A DNA stretch of 64,000 bases from assembly GCA_035285865.1 (NCBI GenBank), contig JAYKHS010000006.1, forward strand, positions 1-64,000, in the 5' to 3' direction. The position numbers were made by a program, and so were the translations under genes. Positions 9,215-19,244 of the stretch are shown in pieces; the stretch's first letter is position 1, and the number at the start of each line of letters is the position of its first letter. This DNA comes from Candidatus Sericytochromatia bacterium (lineage in GTDB: Bacteria > Cyanobacteriota > Sericytochromatia > S15B-MN24 > VGJW01). The notes under the pieces were generated by a model. That model had not been told where the DNA came from. It saw only the letters and a list, made by a program, of their open reading frames with translations, and made no database searches.

Positions 9215-10972
9215 TCACCTCTGGGTGATCTGGTTCATCTGGCTGACGAACGCATTCTGCTGGGACTGCATCTTGGCCATCGCCTGCTCCATCCGAGTGA
9301 ACTGGCGTTGCAACTGGATGCGCTTCCGCTCGATCTGTTCGTTACGACGCTTGATGGACTTGTCGAGAGCCTGGGTTTGACGGTCGACGGTCGCCTGCTG
9401 CGTCTTGAAGACGCCATCCACACCCTGGGCTTCGTCAAGAAATGAGATCAGCTTGCGGGCAACACCGACCGGCGTGGTCGTCGGGCTGGTGTCGACCCGC
9501 TGGAACAGCTCTGCGACGCGGTCGCGATTGGCGAGCAGCGCTGCATTGAGCTTGCTCTCGTCGACCGTCAGGTGTTTGCGGTCTTCCTTGCTCGCCGAGA
9601 TGCCGAGCGAACCGAGCGAATCGTAGCCATCCGCGTAGGAGCCTATCCTGCCCGTCATCAGGGTTGTCAACTTCTGCTTGAGGGAAGCCAAGCGCGGGTC
9701 GCCGGCATTGGGGGCCCCTTTGGCTGTGGCATTGTCGATGGCATCCACGATGCTGTTGTAGCTGTCCACGAAGGCCTTTGCGGCATCCACCAGGCTGCCC
9801 GGCTCACGGTCTATCGTCACGGTCTGGGCCGCGACATCGACTTTGCGGGCCGTCAGCGTCACGCCGGGGACCACCGAGGTGAACTCGTTGCTGGCGGAGA
9901 TGATGTCCGCGCCGCCGTTGAATCCGGCCACGGCAATGCGAGCGTCCGCGCCGCGAGCCTGCTGGGCAGCGTCGAGACCGAGGGCTGCCAGCAGGTTGCC
10001 GGAGGTGTCCGAGAAGGCAATGGCTGCAGAACCCGTATTCCTGCTGGTGAGGATGACCTTGTCATCCACCTGGCTATAGCTGGCAACGACATCTGCCCCG
10101 GCGGAGTTGATTCGCGAGAGGACGTCGGACAGGCTGTCCGTCGCACTGTCCCACGATATGCTCTTGCCGTTGATGGCGAAGCTTCCTGAAGCCGCGCTCG
10201 GGGCCGTGGCGAGGCCGGCCGTCGCCAGCGTCTTGCTGGTCGAGACCGTGCCCACCACCTGGTTCGAGGTCATGCTGCCCCCCGCGAGGCCCGCGCTCGT
10301 GAAGGCGGCGCCCTGCAAGTAGGTCGCACGCAGGAAGTTGCTGGTGTCGCCGCTGGAACCTACTTGAATGTTCGTGGCTGTCGCCGATGAGAGTACCAGG
10401 CGATTGCTGCCGATCGAGGCTGTCACCGCACCGCCGGTCGCCGTCCCGATGGCGTCCAGTACCTCCTGCAGGGTATTGGTGCCGCCGCCTGCTGGCGTGA
10501 CGGTCACGCTGGCGTTGTGCGCCACGCCAGCGACGGTGTAGCTCAGCGAGAAGGTGCCCGTGGTGATGGTCGAAGCTGTTGGCAGGGTCGTGACGTCCTG
10601 AGTCAGATGCGTGCCCCCCAGTGCCGTGCCGATGCTTGCGGTCGAACTTGCCTTGGTGGCGCTGGCCAAGGCCTTGACCGTGACGGCCAGGCTACCCGGG
10701 GCCGCGTTGGTGTTGGCTGTGGCACCGAGGATGGCGGCGTCGCTCGTGCTGGCCTTCATGGCCTTGGTGGTGGTGTCGCGGGTCAGGGCCGTCGCCTTGG
10801 TCTTGAAGTCCGTCAGACGCTTGGATATTGTCTGGAAGGCATCGTTCTGCTGTTTGATGGTGAGCTGGCGCTTCTGCATGGCCAGCACAGGCTGCTGCTC
10901 GAGGGCCATCAGCTGTTCGATGACGGACTTGGTGTCCATTCCCGAGGCGAGTCCCGAAAGTTGCAGGGCCAT
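9215..10972 (-). CDS. fliD: Flagellar filament cap protein FliD
   Basis: LSGLASGMDTKSVIEQLM N-terminus; FVDSYN; C-terminal QFTRMEQAMAKMQSQ. Confidence 0.96.
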   Translation of the reverse strand: MALQLSGLASGMDTKSVIEQLMALEQQPVLAMQKRQLTIKQQNDAFQTISKRLTDFKTKATALTRDTTTKAMKASTSDAAILGATANTNAAPGSLAVTVKALASATKASSTASIGTALGGTHLTQDVTTLPTASTITTGTFSLSYTVAGVAHNASVTVTPAGGGTNTLQEVLDAIGTATGGAVTASIGSNRLVLSSATATNIQVGSSGDTSNFLRATYLQGAAFTSAGLAGGSMTSNQVVGTVSTSKTLATAGLATAPSAASGSFAINGKSISWDSATDSLSDVLSRINSAGADVVASYSQVDDKVILTSRNTGSAAIAFSDTSGNLLAALGLDAAQQARGADARIAVAGFNGGADIISASNEFTSVVPGVTLTARKVDVAAQTVTIDREPGSLVDAAKAFVDSYNSIVDAIDNATAKGAPNAGDPRLASLKQKLTTLMTGRIGSYADGYDSLGSLGISASKEDRKHLTVDESKLNAALLANRDRVAELFQRVDTSPTTTPVGVARKLISFLDEAQGVDGVFKTQQATVDRQTQALDKSIKRRNEQIERKRIQLQRQFTRMEQAMAKMQSQQNAFVSQMNQITQR

Positions 10973-10981
10973 CCTTGGTGC

Positions 10982-11386
10982 CTACCCTTCTAGGTCCAGC
11001 AGCGAGCCTTCCGACAGGGCCCCGCCGCGCCTCACGGCGCCCATGAAGGCCGCGCCGTCCCATTCCCGAAGCACCTGGCCGTCATCCCGACGGATGAGCC
11101 GCACCACGCGCTTGTTGCCGCGCCGCCTGAGTTCGAGCGACAGCTCGTGGCCGTCCCGTGCCAACACCCGCTCCAACGAGGTCACGGCCGAGGCGAGCGC
11201 ATGGTCGGAGACGCTTCGCCCCCTGTGCAGCAAACGTTCGGGGGCTCCGGCCTGCGCAAGGCGGTCCGCGGCCTGGCCGGGTTGCGCGGCTTGTCGCGTC
11301 GGCGTCGTGACCGCTTCGTGGCCGAGAAGTTCCTTCAGGACTTCTCCGGCCACGGCCTGGGTGATCTCGATGCGCATGCTGCCCAT
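10982..11386 (-). CDS. Divergent FlaG-like protein
   Basis: C-terminal ELSLEL..RVVRLIRRDDGQVLREW..GSLLDLEG resembles FlaG; lies immediately upstream of fliD. Confidence 0.65.
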   Translation of the reverse strand: MGSMRIEITQAVAGEVLKELLGHEAVTTPTRQAAQPGQAADRLAQAGAPERLLHRGRSVSDHALASAVTSLERVLARDGHELSLELRRRGNKRVVRLIRRDDGQVLREWDGAAFMGAVRRGGALSEGSLLDLEG

Positions 11387-11387
11387 G

Positions 11388-11415
11388 TCGTCGGCACGAC
11401 AAGGCCCCCGCTTGA
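11388..11415 (-). promoter_or_regulatory. Sigma28 (FliA/SigD)-type promoter of the flaG-fliDST operon
   Basis: Minus strand TCAA-N16-GCCGACGA just upstream of the flaG-like start. Confidence 0.65.
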
Positions 11416-11426
11416 GGGCGGGGGCC
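11403..11426 (-). terminator. GC hairpin after the cyclophilin gene
   Basis: GGCCCCCGC-TTGAGG-GCGGGGGCC, perfect 9-bp stem. Confidence 0.55.
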
Positions 11427-11438
11427 GGCGGACCTGCA

Positions 11439-11870
11439 TCAGGCGTCGAGAATTTCGACTTTATCCATCACGTCGCCGCCGTGCATGGCGCGAACGATCT
11501 CCAGACCTTCGGTGATCTGCCCGAAAACCGTGTGGACCCCGTCGAGGTGGGGTTGGGGATCGTGCACCAGGAAGAACTGGCTGCCGCCGGTGTCCTTGCC
11601 GGCATGGGCCATGGACAGCGCTCCCGCGACGTGCTTGTGGGGGTTGCCGGCGGTTTCGCACTTGATGGTGTAACCGGGGCCTCCGGTTCCAGTGCCGTTG
11701 GGACAGCCACCCTGGCTGACGAAACCGGGGATGACCCGATGGAAGGTCAGGCCGTCATAGAAGCCCTTGCGGGCCAGGGTGACGAAGTTTTCGACGGTTC
11801 CGGGCGCGGCATCCGCATGAAGGTCGATGTGGATGGGGCCGGATGCGGTATGGATGATGGCCTTGGGCAT
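11439..11870 (-). CDS. Cyclophilin-type peptidyl-prolyl isomerase
   Basis: [47 protein letters not shown]. Confidence 0.96.
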   Translation of the reverse strand: MPKAIIHTASGPIHIDLHADAAPGTVENFVTLARKGFYDGLTFHRVIPGFVSQGGCPNGTGTGGPGYTIKCETAGNPHKHVAGALSMAHAGKDTGGSQFFLVHDPQPHLDGVHTVFGQITEGLEIVRAMHGGDVMDKVEILDA

Positions 11871-11884
11871 GAGGGTACTCCGGA

Positions 11885-12160
11885 TCAATCGTCCTGGGGA
11901 CGCTGGGAGGGGCGGAACTGGCGGATCTTGGAACCCGTCTCGGGCGCGGGGGGCGGGGGTGGCGGGGAGGGCTTGCGTCCCCGGCCTTCGGCGAGGCGAC
12001 CGTCCGCTTCACGCACCATGCGGGCGAACTGGGCGAACTCGTCCACCGTGAAGTAGAGTGCCGCCTGAAAGGCGTTGACGACGATCTTGTCCTCGCCATC
12101 CACGTACCAGACCGTACCGAAGGGGCATTCGCCAAGGGTACGGAAGGCGCCCTGATCCAT
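11885..12160 (-). CDS. Small hypothetical protein
   Basis: AAGGAG RBS, extended -10 TGCTACGAT upstream, globular-looking N-terminal half. Confidence 0.7.
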   Translation of the reverse strand: MDQGAFRTLGECPFGTVWYVDGEDKIVVNAFQAALYFTVDEFAQFARMVREADGRLAEGRGRKPSPPPPPPAPETGSKIRQFRPSQRPQDD

Positions 12161-12209
12161 CGGGGAACTCCTTGAGCCGCGCGGGGAGTCCCATCGTAGC
12201 ACGCCGCCA

Positions 12210-14414
12210 TCAGCCCTCGATGAGCACCCGGACGGGTCCCTGCTTGCGCATCACGCGCGCCGTGGTCATCGCGCCGTGCCGTTGGAACTGAAGATCCACG
12301 GTCGATCTGCCGAGGCGCAGGCCGTGGACCGATATCTGGTCCAGCCAGCGGGGCAAGACCGGCTCCCGGATGCGCAGGATGCCAGAGGGAGCCTCCGGCA
12401 GGATGCCGAGGACGGCTTGCAGCATCATGTAGAAGGACCCTGCGGCCCAGGCCTGCGGCGCACACGCCACCGGGTAAGGTACCGGCGTCGAGGGTTCGCC
12501 CTGACGGGCGAAGCCGCAGAACAGTTCTGGCAGCCTGAGGTACGGAAAGTGCTGCGCGGCCTCGAACATACCGTCCAGAATGCGCAACGCTTCGTCCTTG
12601 AAGCCGGTCCGCGCGAGGCCGGCCGCGATGATGGCGTTGTCGTGAGGCCAGACGGACCCGTTGTGGTACGACAGCGGGTTGTAGACCGGGCTGTCCGCGG
12701 CCAGCGTGCGGATGCCCCATCCCGAGTACATGGCCGGCCCCATCAGGCTGCGGACGACGGCAGCCATCCGGCGCCGGGGAACGATCCCGCTCCACAAGGC
12801 GTGGCCCGGATTCGAAGTCCGGGTCCTGACCTGACACTTGTCGGCATCGAGCGCCAGGGCATAGGTCCCGCTGGACGGGCACCAGAACTGCCTGTCGAAG
12901 GCCCGCTGCAGCCGGTCGGCATCTTGCAGCAGGCGTTCGGCCAGCAGGCGTTGCTCCCGCAGCGCACACAACTCGGCGAGCCGTACCCGGGCGTCCCACG
13001 CATAGCCCTGCACCTCTACGAGTGCGATGGGGGTAGACGCGAGGCGCGCGTCCTCGTGCGGCACGCTGTCGTGCGAGTCCTTCCAGCCCTGGGCCGTCAG
13101 GCCGACGGGGCTGGCGGTCTGGTACTCGACGAAGCCGTCCCCGTCGCGGTCACCATAGCCTTCCAGCCACATGAGCGCGCGCTCGGCTGCATCCCAGTGC
13201 TCGTCGAGCAGGGTGGTGTCTCCGGTCCAGCGAAAGGTCTCCGAGAGCAGGATCAGGAACAGCGGCGTGCTGTCCACCGAGCCGTAGTAGGGGGTGTGAG
13301 GGATGCGCCCGAGGTTGGCCAGTTCGCCGCTGCGGACCTCGTGCATGATCTTCCCGGGTTCCGCATCGCGGTAGGGGTCGACCTCGTGCGCTTGCCAACG
13401 GGCCAGGTAACGCAGCGTGCCCCGGGCCAGATCCGGGCTCAGCCACAGGGTCTGCATCGCCGTGAGCAGGCTGTCTCGCCCGAAAGGTGCGCCATACCAG
13501 GGCAGTCCAGCCACCGCGATGGGGCCGGTATCGTAGCGCGTGGTCAGGGAGGCGATGTCCCTCCGGCATCGATCGAGCACGAGGTTCATGACCTCGTGGC
13601 TGGTGTGCAGGGTCGCCGGTGGAATCGAACCCATGCCGCCGCCGGAGAGCGGCTGGCCGCCGATGGGTACGTGTCGGTGAGGGGCCTGTACCGTCGGTGC
13701 GATCCGCCAGCTCAGGATGGTGTCGGCGCCCCTGCCCCCGACTTCCACGGCAAAGCGCACGCTGGCCCGCGCCGCTGGGGCTCCTTGGCGCTCCAGGCGT
13801 ACTTCGGCCGGGGGCACGGCGAAGGTCAGCCGTGTCTCGCGCAGAAGCCCATCCGCACCGTGGTACGCGAACACGATGGTGTCGCCCTCGTGGCGCGTCC
13901 TGAGGAAGGAGCCTGGCCGTCCGCAGGAGACGCCACGCACCTCGAAGATGTCCGCGAAGTCGGCCTGGAAATCGACATCCAGCCGCAGCCGGACCGCCTG
14001 ATGATGGTAGTTGATCAGCCTTACGCGTTCCTGGACCGTGTCGCCAAGCTCTCGGATGGTGCGGCCGTAGAGCGTTTCCTGGGGGAGTTCGGTACCGTCC
14101 TCGAGCGTGAGCCATGGGTTCATCCATTCGACTTCGGACCTGCGGTTCGTCTCGGTCGAATGCGACAGCAGGGTCGGCAGGCAGCCCTGCAGCGTCATGA
14201 CGAGGCCCGACAGGAATCGGGTGTCCTCCATATAGAGTCCCATCCCACAGCGGCATCCGGGCTCGAGGTTGCCATCGGCGTCGCTGACCAGGAACAGGCC
14301 GCCTTCGCGCGTCACCTGGCGACGGTGCCGGCATGAGCGGAGCATGACGGGGCAGCCGGATTGCAGGAGGCGCGTCAGTTCCTCGTCGATGGCTCCTTCC
14401 TGGTCGGGCTTCAT
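12210..14414 (-). CDS. Amylo-alpha-1,6-glucosidase / glycogen-debranching-like (alpha/alpha)6 glycoside hydrolase
   Basis: AGLPWYGAPFGRDSL, EPGKIMHE, YYGSVDSTPLF, QGWKDS, YHNGSVWPHDN, RLPELFCG, PQAWAAG. Confidence 0.92.
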   Translation of the reverse strand: MKPDQEGAIDEELTRLLQSGCPVMLRSCRHRRQVTREGGLFLVSDADGNLEPGCRCGMGLYMEDTRFLSGLVMTLQGCLPTLLSHSTETNRRSEVEWMNPWLTLEDGTELPQETLYGRTIRELGDTVQERVRLINYHHQAVRLRLDVDFQADFADIFEVRGVSCGRPGSFLRTRHEGDTIVFAYHGADGLLRETRLTFAVPPAEVRLERQGAPAARASVRFAVEVGGRGADTILSWRIAPTVQAPHRHVPIGGQPLSGGGMGSIPPATLHTSHEVMNLVLDRCRRDIASLTTRYDTGPIAVAGLPWYGAPFGRDSLLTAMQTLWLSPDLARGTLRYLARWQAHEVDPYRDAEPGKIMHEVRSGELANLGRIPHTPYYGSVDSTPLFLILLSETFRWTGDTTLLDEHWDAAERALMWLEGYGDRDGDGFVEYQTASPVGLTAQGWKDSHDSVPHEDARLASTPIALVEVQGYAWDARVRLAELCALREQRLLAERLLQDADRLQRAFDRQFWCPSSGTYALALDADKCQVRTRTSNPGHALWSGIVPRRRMAAVVRSLMGPAMYSGWGIRTLAADSPVYNPLSYHNGSVWPHDNAIIAAGLARTGFKDEALRILDGMFEAAQHFPYLRLPELFCGFARQGEPSTPVPYPVACAPQAWAAGSFYMMLQAVLGILPEAPSGILRIREPVLPRWLDQISVHGLRLGRSTVDLQFQRHGAMTTARVMRKQGPVRVLIEG

Positions 14415-15460
14415 GCCTGCCCGTCCAGGAGTCGGTCATAGAGCCGTTCGTATCCACCGGTCATGCGGCGCGGAGAAAACCGCCGGGCCGCGATGTCCGG
14501 CAGCGGACGCCGGTCGAGTTCGGCCACCTTGCGGACACCCGTTTCCAGATCCTCCGGGTCCTGTCCGACCCACCCCGTCACGCCGTGTTGGACGATCTCG
14601 GGAATGGCACCCTCCGCCAGTGCCACCACCGGGGTTCCGGCAGCCAAGGCTTCGACCAGCACGAGCCCGAACGGTTCCGGCCAACGCACCGGATGCATCA
14701 GGGCCAAGGCCCCGCGCAACAGGGTGGTCTTGCGCGCACCGCCGACCTCGCCAAGCCAGCGCACCTGCTGGCCATCCACGTGGGGCAGCACGGCCTCCTC
14801 GGCATAGGCTCGGTCCACGGGGTCGATCTTGCCTGCCAGCACCACGGGCAACCCCAGCCGTCGGCCAGTCCGGATGGCCAGGTGTGGTCCCTTCTCGGGC
14901 GAGATTCGTCCGAGAAACACCAGCGCACGGCCCCATTCGTGCGGTTCCAGCACGTCACCCGTGACCGGGTGTCGACGGAGCGCCGTGACGTCCACGCCAT
15001 TGTGCACGACGCCCAGTATGCGCACTCCTCGGGCCTCGCCGGCCTGGTGCCCGCTTATGGCGATGCAGGGATGCCTCCCTTCGAAGGGACGCCGATGGCG
15101 GGGTGTCATCGGGCCATGCAGGGTGGTGACCATGGGCGTCTGGCCCGGGTCGAGGCCGATGGGCATCGGCCCGTGATGATTGTGAATCAGGTCGAACTCC
15201 CTTGCTCGGGACAAGGCGGCACCGATGTGCCGAAGATCCCGCAGGCGCTGTTCCCGTATATCGAGGGCTTGAGATCTCAGGGCACGTGGTTCGGTGCTTG
15301 AGAGGTGTGCCGGCGTGCGACTGTCCCCGGTGGCGAAGAGCGTCACCTGATGTCCGCGGGAGCAGAGACCTTCCGCGAGCATCGCCACGACACGCTCTAT
15401 GCCCCCATAGCCATCCGGGGGACAGCGTTCCTGGATCGGCGCGAGCAGGGCAATGCGCAT
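14411..15460 (-). CDS. Glycosyltransferase family 4
   Basis: PPDGYGGIERVV, FLGRISPEKG, EPFGLVLVEALAAGTPV; AGGAGG RBS. Confidence 0.93.
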   Translation of the reverse strand: MRIALLAPIQERCPPDGYGGIERVVAMLAEGLCSRGHQVTLFATGDSRTPAHLSSTEPRALRSQALDIREQRLRDLRHIGAALSRAREFDLIHNHHGPMPIGLDPGQTPMVTTLHGPMTPRHRRPFEGRHPCIAISGHQAGEARGVRILGVVHNGVDVTALRRHPVTGDVLEPHEWGRALVFLGRISPEKGPHLAIRTGRRLGLPVVLAGKIDPVDRAYAEEAVLPHVDGQQVRWLGEVGGARKTTLLRGALALMHPVRWPEPFGLVLVEALAAGTPVVALAEGAIPEIVQHGVTGWVGQDPEDLETGVRKVAELDRRPLPDIAARRFSPRRMTGGYERLYDRLLDGQA

Positions 15461-15547
15461 GGTCGGTTCCTCCTGCCGTCGAACGGAGGTGACCATGCCC
15501 GCCATTCAGGGCGAGGCGCAAGGCCGGCCCGGACGGCGGACCGATCG

Positions 15548-17299
15548 TCAGTCCGTCAGGACAGGCCCCGGCAGCAGGCCTTCGTGGTCGAGCAGGGTGT
15601 TGTCCACGACACGGTTCATGCCGAGTCGCGGCTGGCCCCGCGACCGACCCGGCGCCTCGACGGACACGCCGATGCCGTTGCCGACGAGCACCGACCTGTC
15701 GAGGACCGGACGGGCACCATCCAGGATGCGCACGCCGGCCTGGCCCTGACCTCGGACCTCGAGGCCCTGCAGTCGTGGGTGGGCCATGTCCTGCACCACC
15801 ACGCCATCGACGGCATGGTCCGAGATACGGCAGTTCCGCAGTTCGCCATCCGCACGGTCGAGGAACAGCACGCCCACGCGCCCGCCCTTGATCTCGGCGG
15901 AGTCCAGTGCCATCCGTGCATCCCCGATGGCAGCAGCACCGGTGCCCTTGTGCCCTTCGATATCCAGTTCCGTGGCGACGGCGCGACTGCGGTTACGCAG
16001 CAGCAGGGACACCTCCCGAAAGCCTCCGAGTCGGACCTTGCGCAGGGTCAACTGCGCCTCGTCGTCGCCGACGATGCCGTGACGGCCATTGGCCTCGAGG
16101 CGTACGCCATCGAGGGTCGCGAGGGTCCGGCCACCTGCGACGACCGCGTCTCGTCCCGTCTGGCTGAGTCTGCCTCCCAGCCAATGGAGTCTGGCCTCAC
16201 CCGTCAGGACGAGGCCGTCCTCCGCGAAGCCCTCGGCATCGGCGTTCGTCAGCACCACGTGGCCATGGCCGGTTGCCTGGATCATGGGGCGTTCGAGACG
16301 GCGTACACGCAAGCCGTGGTGCGCAAGTCCGGCCATGTCAGCGATCGTGACGCCTTCGCCGGGCCATCCCTCCCACGCATCATCGCTTCCCAACCATCGG
16401 GCCTGACCGCCCATGAGCCCCGCGCGACCGGGTTGCCCGGTCCATCGGGTCCTGCGGCTCGTCAGCGTGGCGTCGCCGTTCAGGGCCAGGGCCATGCCCA
16501 CGGCCGGCGATACCGTGGCGTCGGCCACGGCCAGGTCGGTCTGGTCGCCCAGGGCAAGGGCCAATCCGCGCTGATCCTTCAGGGTCGTTCCGTAGAGTCT
16601 CGCCTTGGCGCGCTGGGCGAGTTCTATGCCGACTTCCCCGCCCTCGAGGCGCATCCGGCCTGCCGTGAGTCGACTGTCGTCCTCGCCACGAATCAAGGTC
16701 CGGCGGCCCACGACGAGCCCGTCGACCATCCTCAGGGAGCCGTGCTCCGAGACGTGCACGACCTGTGGGCCCTCGCCCGACACGCGCCCGCCTTCGATGT
16801 CGGCCAGGCCACGGTCCAGGACCCGCAATGCTGGAGCCCCGAGCCCCTGCAGGATGGTGTCGTCAAGCCGTGCATGCCCGTGACCGGCGATGCGCAGGGC
16901 CTCGTCCTGGGCCGCGACGAGGCGCGTGCCCAGCAGCTGCAGACCGCCATCCCGCACGAGCACCACCGGTCCTCCGGGCAGTCCGGGTGTGTTGGTGCGC
17001 TCCAGCAGGAGCCCTGCCACCCGGACCGTGATACCTGGCCCCACGGAGAGTGCGGGACCGTCCCGACCCACGAGGCTGCCATCTTCACCGGCCTCGAGCG
17101 TGATGTCGAATTGGGGAAAGATGCGTTCTTCGTGCCGGCCGGAGAGACGCAGGCGATCACCGGGGCGCGCATTCCAGAGCGCGCTCTGGACCGTCTCGTT
17201 CGCCGGGACCTCGAGCACGCGGCCATCTGCAGCAGTGCCCGGGGCGCTCGCCGCGGGGCAAAGCAGCGCGAAGAGCGAGACCAGCCAGCCTTCCACCAT
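15548..17299 (-). CDS. Secreted right-handed parallel beta-helix repeat protein
   Basis: Signal-like N-terminus, TVQSALWNARPGDRLRL cap, many ~23-aa G(V/I)x(V/L)..A.. repeats. Confidence 0.8.
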   Translation of the reverse strand: MVEGWLVSLFALLCPAASAPGTAADGRVLEVPANETVQSALWNARPGDRLRLSGRHEERIFPQFDITLEAGEDGSLVGRDGPALSVGPGITVRVAGLLLERTNTPGLPGGPVVLVRDGGLQLLGTRLVAAQDEALRIAGHGHARLDDTILQGLGAPALRVLDRGLADIEGGRVSGEGPQVVHVSEHGSLRMVDGLVVGRRTLIRGEDDSRLTAGRMRLEGGEVGIELAQRAKARLYGTTLKDQRGLALALGDQTDLAVADATVSPAVGMALALNGDATLTSRRTRWTGQPGRAGLMGGQARWLGSDDAWEGWPGEGVTIADMAGLAHHGLRVRRLERPMIQATGHGHVVLTNADAEGFAEDGLVLTGEARLHWLGGRLSQTGRDAVVAGGRTLATLDGVRLEANGRHGIVGDDEAQLTLRKVRLGGFREVSLLLRNRSRAVATELDIEGHKGTGAAAIGDARMALDSAEIKGGRVGVLFLDRADGELRNCRISDHAVDGVVVQDMAHPRLQGLEVRGQGQAGVRILDGARPVLDRSVLVGNGIGVSVEAPGRSRGQPRLGMNRVVDNTLLDHEGLLPGPVLTD

Positions 17300-17336
17300 G
17301 CTCAAGATTGTAGCGGCAAAGCGTGGCGGCCGGAGA

Positions 17337-18443
17337 TCAGATCAGGCCGTATTGACGCATCATCTTTTCGAGCGACTGGCCGTAGACCGGGCTGGTGGCG
17401 TAAACGCCCGTGAGCAGGTGCGCGAACTTCACGGGATCACGGGTCTTTTCGAAGGACTCGAGGGCCTTTTTATAATAGCCGTTGTGGAACGTCCTGCCGT
17501 GGCTCTCGAGTGCCTCGGCGAAGTTGCTGTACCGCTTGAACTTGTCCTTGATGCGGATGTACTTGGAACCGTCCCACTCGGACGTGTCGACCATTACGGA
17601 GCCGGCGGGACCGGTTCCCTTGTGCCCGAATATGTTGTAGCCGCCGATGGGGCTGCGGGCCCAGCCGCTCTCGAGGGCGGCCTGAGCGAGCGTGACCTGC
17701 CAGGGCACGCCGTACTTGCGCTCGGCTTCGAGGGCCGCGGGCTTCAGGATGGCGAAGAACTTCTGCTTGTCGTGCTTGCCCAGCCACGCCAGCTCTTCAG
17801 GCTTGAGGTTCTTGAGGGCCTCGAGGTCGCCTTCCTGGGGGAGCGGGCGCGCCGGAGAGGGGATGGGAGCCGGCGGGGCGGGAGCCGGGACGGGATCGGA
17901 GGGCTTGGGCCCGGTGGGAATCCGCAGCACCATGCCGGGCAGGATGACCTCGGGATTCAGAATCTGGTCCCGGTTCATCGCGAAGATTTCCGGCCAGCGG
18001 TTGGCATCGCCGAGCACCCGCTGGGCGAGGCCCGCGAGTCCCTCGCCTATCTGGACCACGGCACTGCCGGGGGCTGCCTGCACCTGGTCGAGGTGCGCGT
18101 AACCGACGGTCTGACCGGCAGCCAGAGTGACGTGACCCTCGCTCGCCGCGGGCAGGGGCTGGTTCAAGGGGGCGAGGGGCAGGACGGCAGCCATGGTCTG
18201 TTCGGCTGCCGGGGCTGCCTGGGTGCCGGGGAGGGGGCCGAGCCACTGGGGTTGCGCGGCGGCCAAGTTGTTCCAGGTGCCGCTAGGCTGGAAGCTGTCC
18301 ATCTGCATCGCGGCAGGGACCCGATTGTCGTTCCATGCCACGACCTCGGGGACCAGCGACGAACCGCCGCCAGCCTGCATCGTGCCGCCGGCGGTCCGGG
18401 GTTGGACCGCGCGGGACAGCGCGAGAAGGTCGACGGAGCTCAT
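17337..18443 (-). CDS. LysM + glucosaminidase (GH73/FlgJ-like) peptidoglycan hydrolase
   Basis: LysM (GEGLAGLAQRVLGDANRWPEIFAMNRDQI.NP.VI.PGMVLRIP); GH73 motifs AQAALESGW, NIFGHKG, YATSPVY. Confidence 0.88.
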   Translation of the reverse strand: MSSVDLLALSRAVQPRTAGGTMQAGGGSSLVPEVVAWNDNRVPAAMQMDSFQPSGTWNNLAAAQPQWLGPLPGTQAAPAAEQTMAAVLPLAPLNQPLPAASEGHVTLAAGQTVGYAHLDQVQAAPGSAVVQIGEGLAGLAQRVLGDANRWPEIFAMNRDQILNPEVILPGMVLRIPTGPKPSDPVPAPAPPAPIPSPARPLPQEGDLEALKNLKPEELAWLGKHDKQKFFAILKPAALEAERKYGVPWQVTLAQAALESGWARSPIGGYNIFGHKGTGPAGSVMVDTSEWDGSKYIRIKDKFKRYSNFAEALESHGRTFHNGYYKKALESFEKTRDPVKFAHLLTGVYATSPVYGQSLEKMMRQYGLI

Positions 18444-18460
18444 GATGGACTATCGCCGTG

Positions 18461-18476
18461 CCGACCGATCGGTCGG
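18461..18476. promoter_or_regulatory. Perfect 16-bp palindrome, putative repressor operator
   Basis: CCGACCGATCGGTCGG, 17 bp upstream of the LysM-GH73 start. Confidence 0.5.
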
Positions 18477-18529
18477 TTAAGTTGCCGTCATTGTCTTGCC
18501 AAGGTATGTCTAAATTTCCCCTCATGAGC

Positions 18530-18561
18530 AGGGGCCGCCTTCCCTCCGGAAGACGGCCCCT
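18530..18561 (-). terminator. Hairpin after the START-domain gene
   Basis: AGGGGCCGCCTTCC-CTCC-GGAAGACGGCCCCT inverted repeat. Confidence 0.6.
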
Positions 18562-18575
18562 GGGCAAGGATTGCC

Positions 18576-19244
18576 TTATTCGAGGTCCTTGCGACCTTGG
18601 CTGATGACGTTGGGGATCGTGCCGCTCTGGATGATCCCGATGAGCCAGCCCGGAACCCATGTGTCCAGGTCGGTCTCGACGTGATAGCGCATCAGCGTCA
18701 GGTTCGGGCCCTTGGCGTTCATCACGTAGGAGCCTTTCATCTCGGTGATCTGGCCCCGGAAACCGTCGATGACCCCCTTGTTGTAGGACCACCAGATATC
18801 CCCCCACTCGCCCGGCTTGCCATCACCCTGCAGGTCCAGGATGAACAGGCGCTGGCCGATGGGCCAAGGCAGGCTCAGGGTGTACTTGAGCTGGCGGTAG
18901 CGGGTCCGCTCGTCATCCAGCATGAGCGGCTCGATCTTCTTCAGCGTGTTCTGGAACCGCATCGTGTTCTCGTGGTTGCGGTAGTAGTCGAAGACCTTGC
19001 CCACGGGCGCCTTGATCAGACCTGCGGCATAGAATTCGTTGGTCGAACCATCCCGCTTGTGGCGGGTGACGATCCCCCCGGCATTGACCTTCTCCTGCTC
19101 GTCGGCAGTCAATTCGTAGCGTTCGGCCGTGCCGCGGACTTCGGTCCGGGAGCCGGCAGCGTCGGCGGTCCCGATGAAGGGCATCGTGGTGGTCCCGAAG
19201 GCCAGGGCCGCGATTAGCAGGGGCTTGAGGTGCTTCACGTGCAA
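18576..19244 (-). CDS. Secreted START/SRPBCC lipid-binding domain protein
   Basis: Signal peptide; AGLIKAPVGKVFD, LSLPWPIGQR, GSY, TLMRYHVETDLDTWVPGWL. Confidence 0.78.
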   Translation of the reverse strand: MHVKHLKPLLIAALAFGTTTMPFIGTADAAGSRTEVRGTAERYELTADEQEKVNAGGIVTRHKRDGSTNEFYAAGLIKAPVGKVFDYYRNHENTMRFQNTLKKIEPLMLDDERTRYRQLKYTLSLPWPIGQRLFILDLQGDGKPGEWGDIWWSYNKGVIDGFRGQITEMKGSYVMNAKGPNLTLMRYHVETDLDTWVPGWLIGIIQSGTIPNVISQGRKDLE

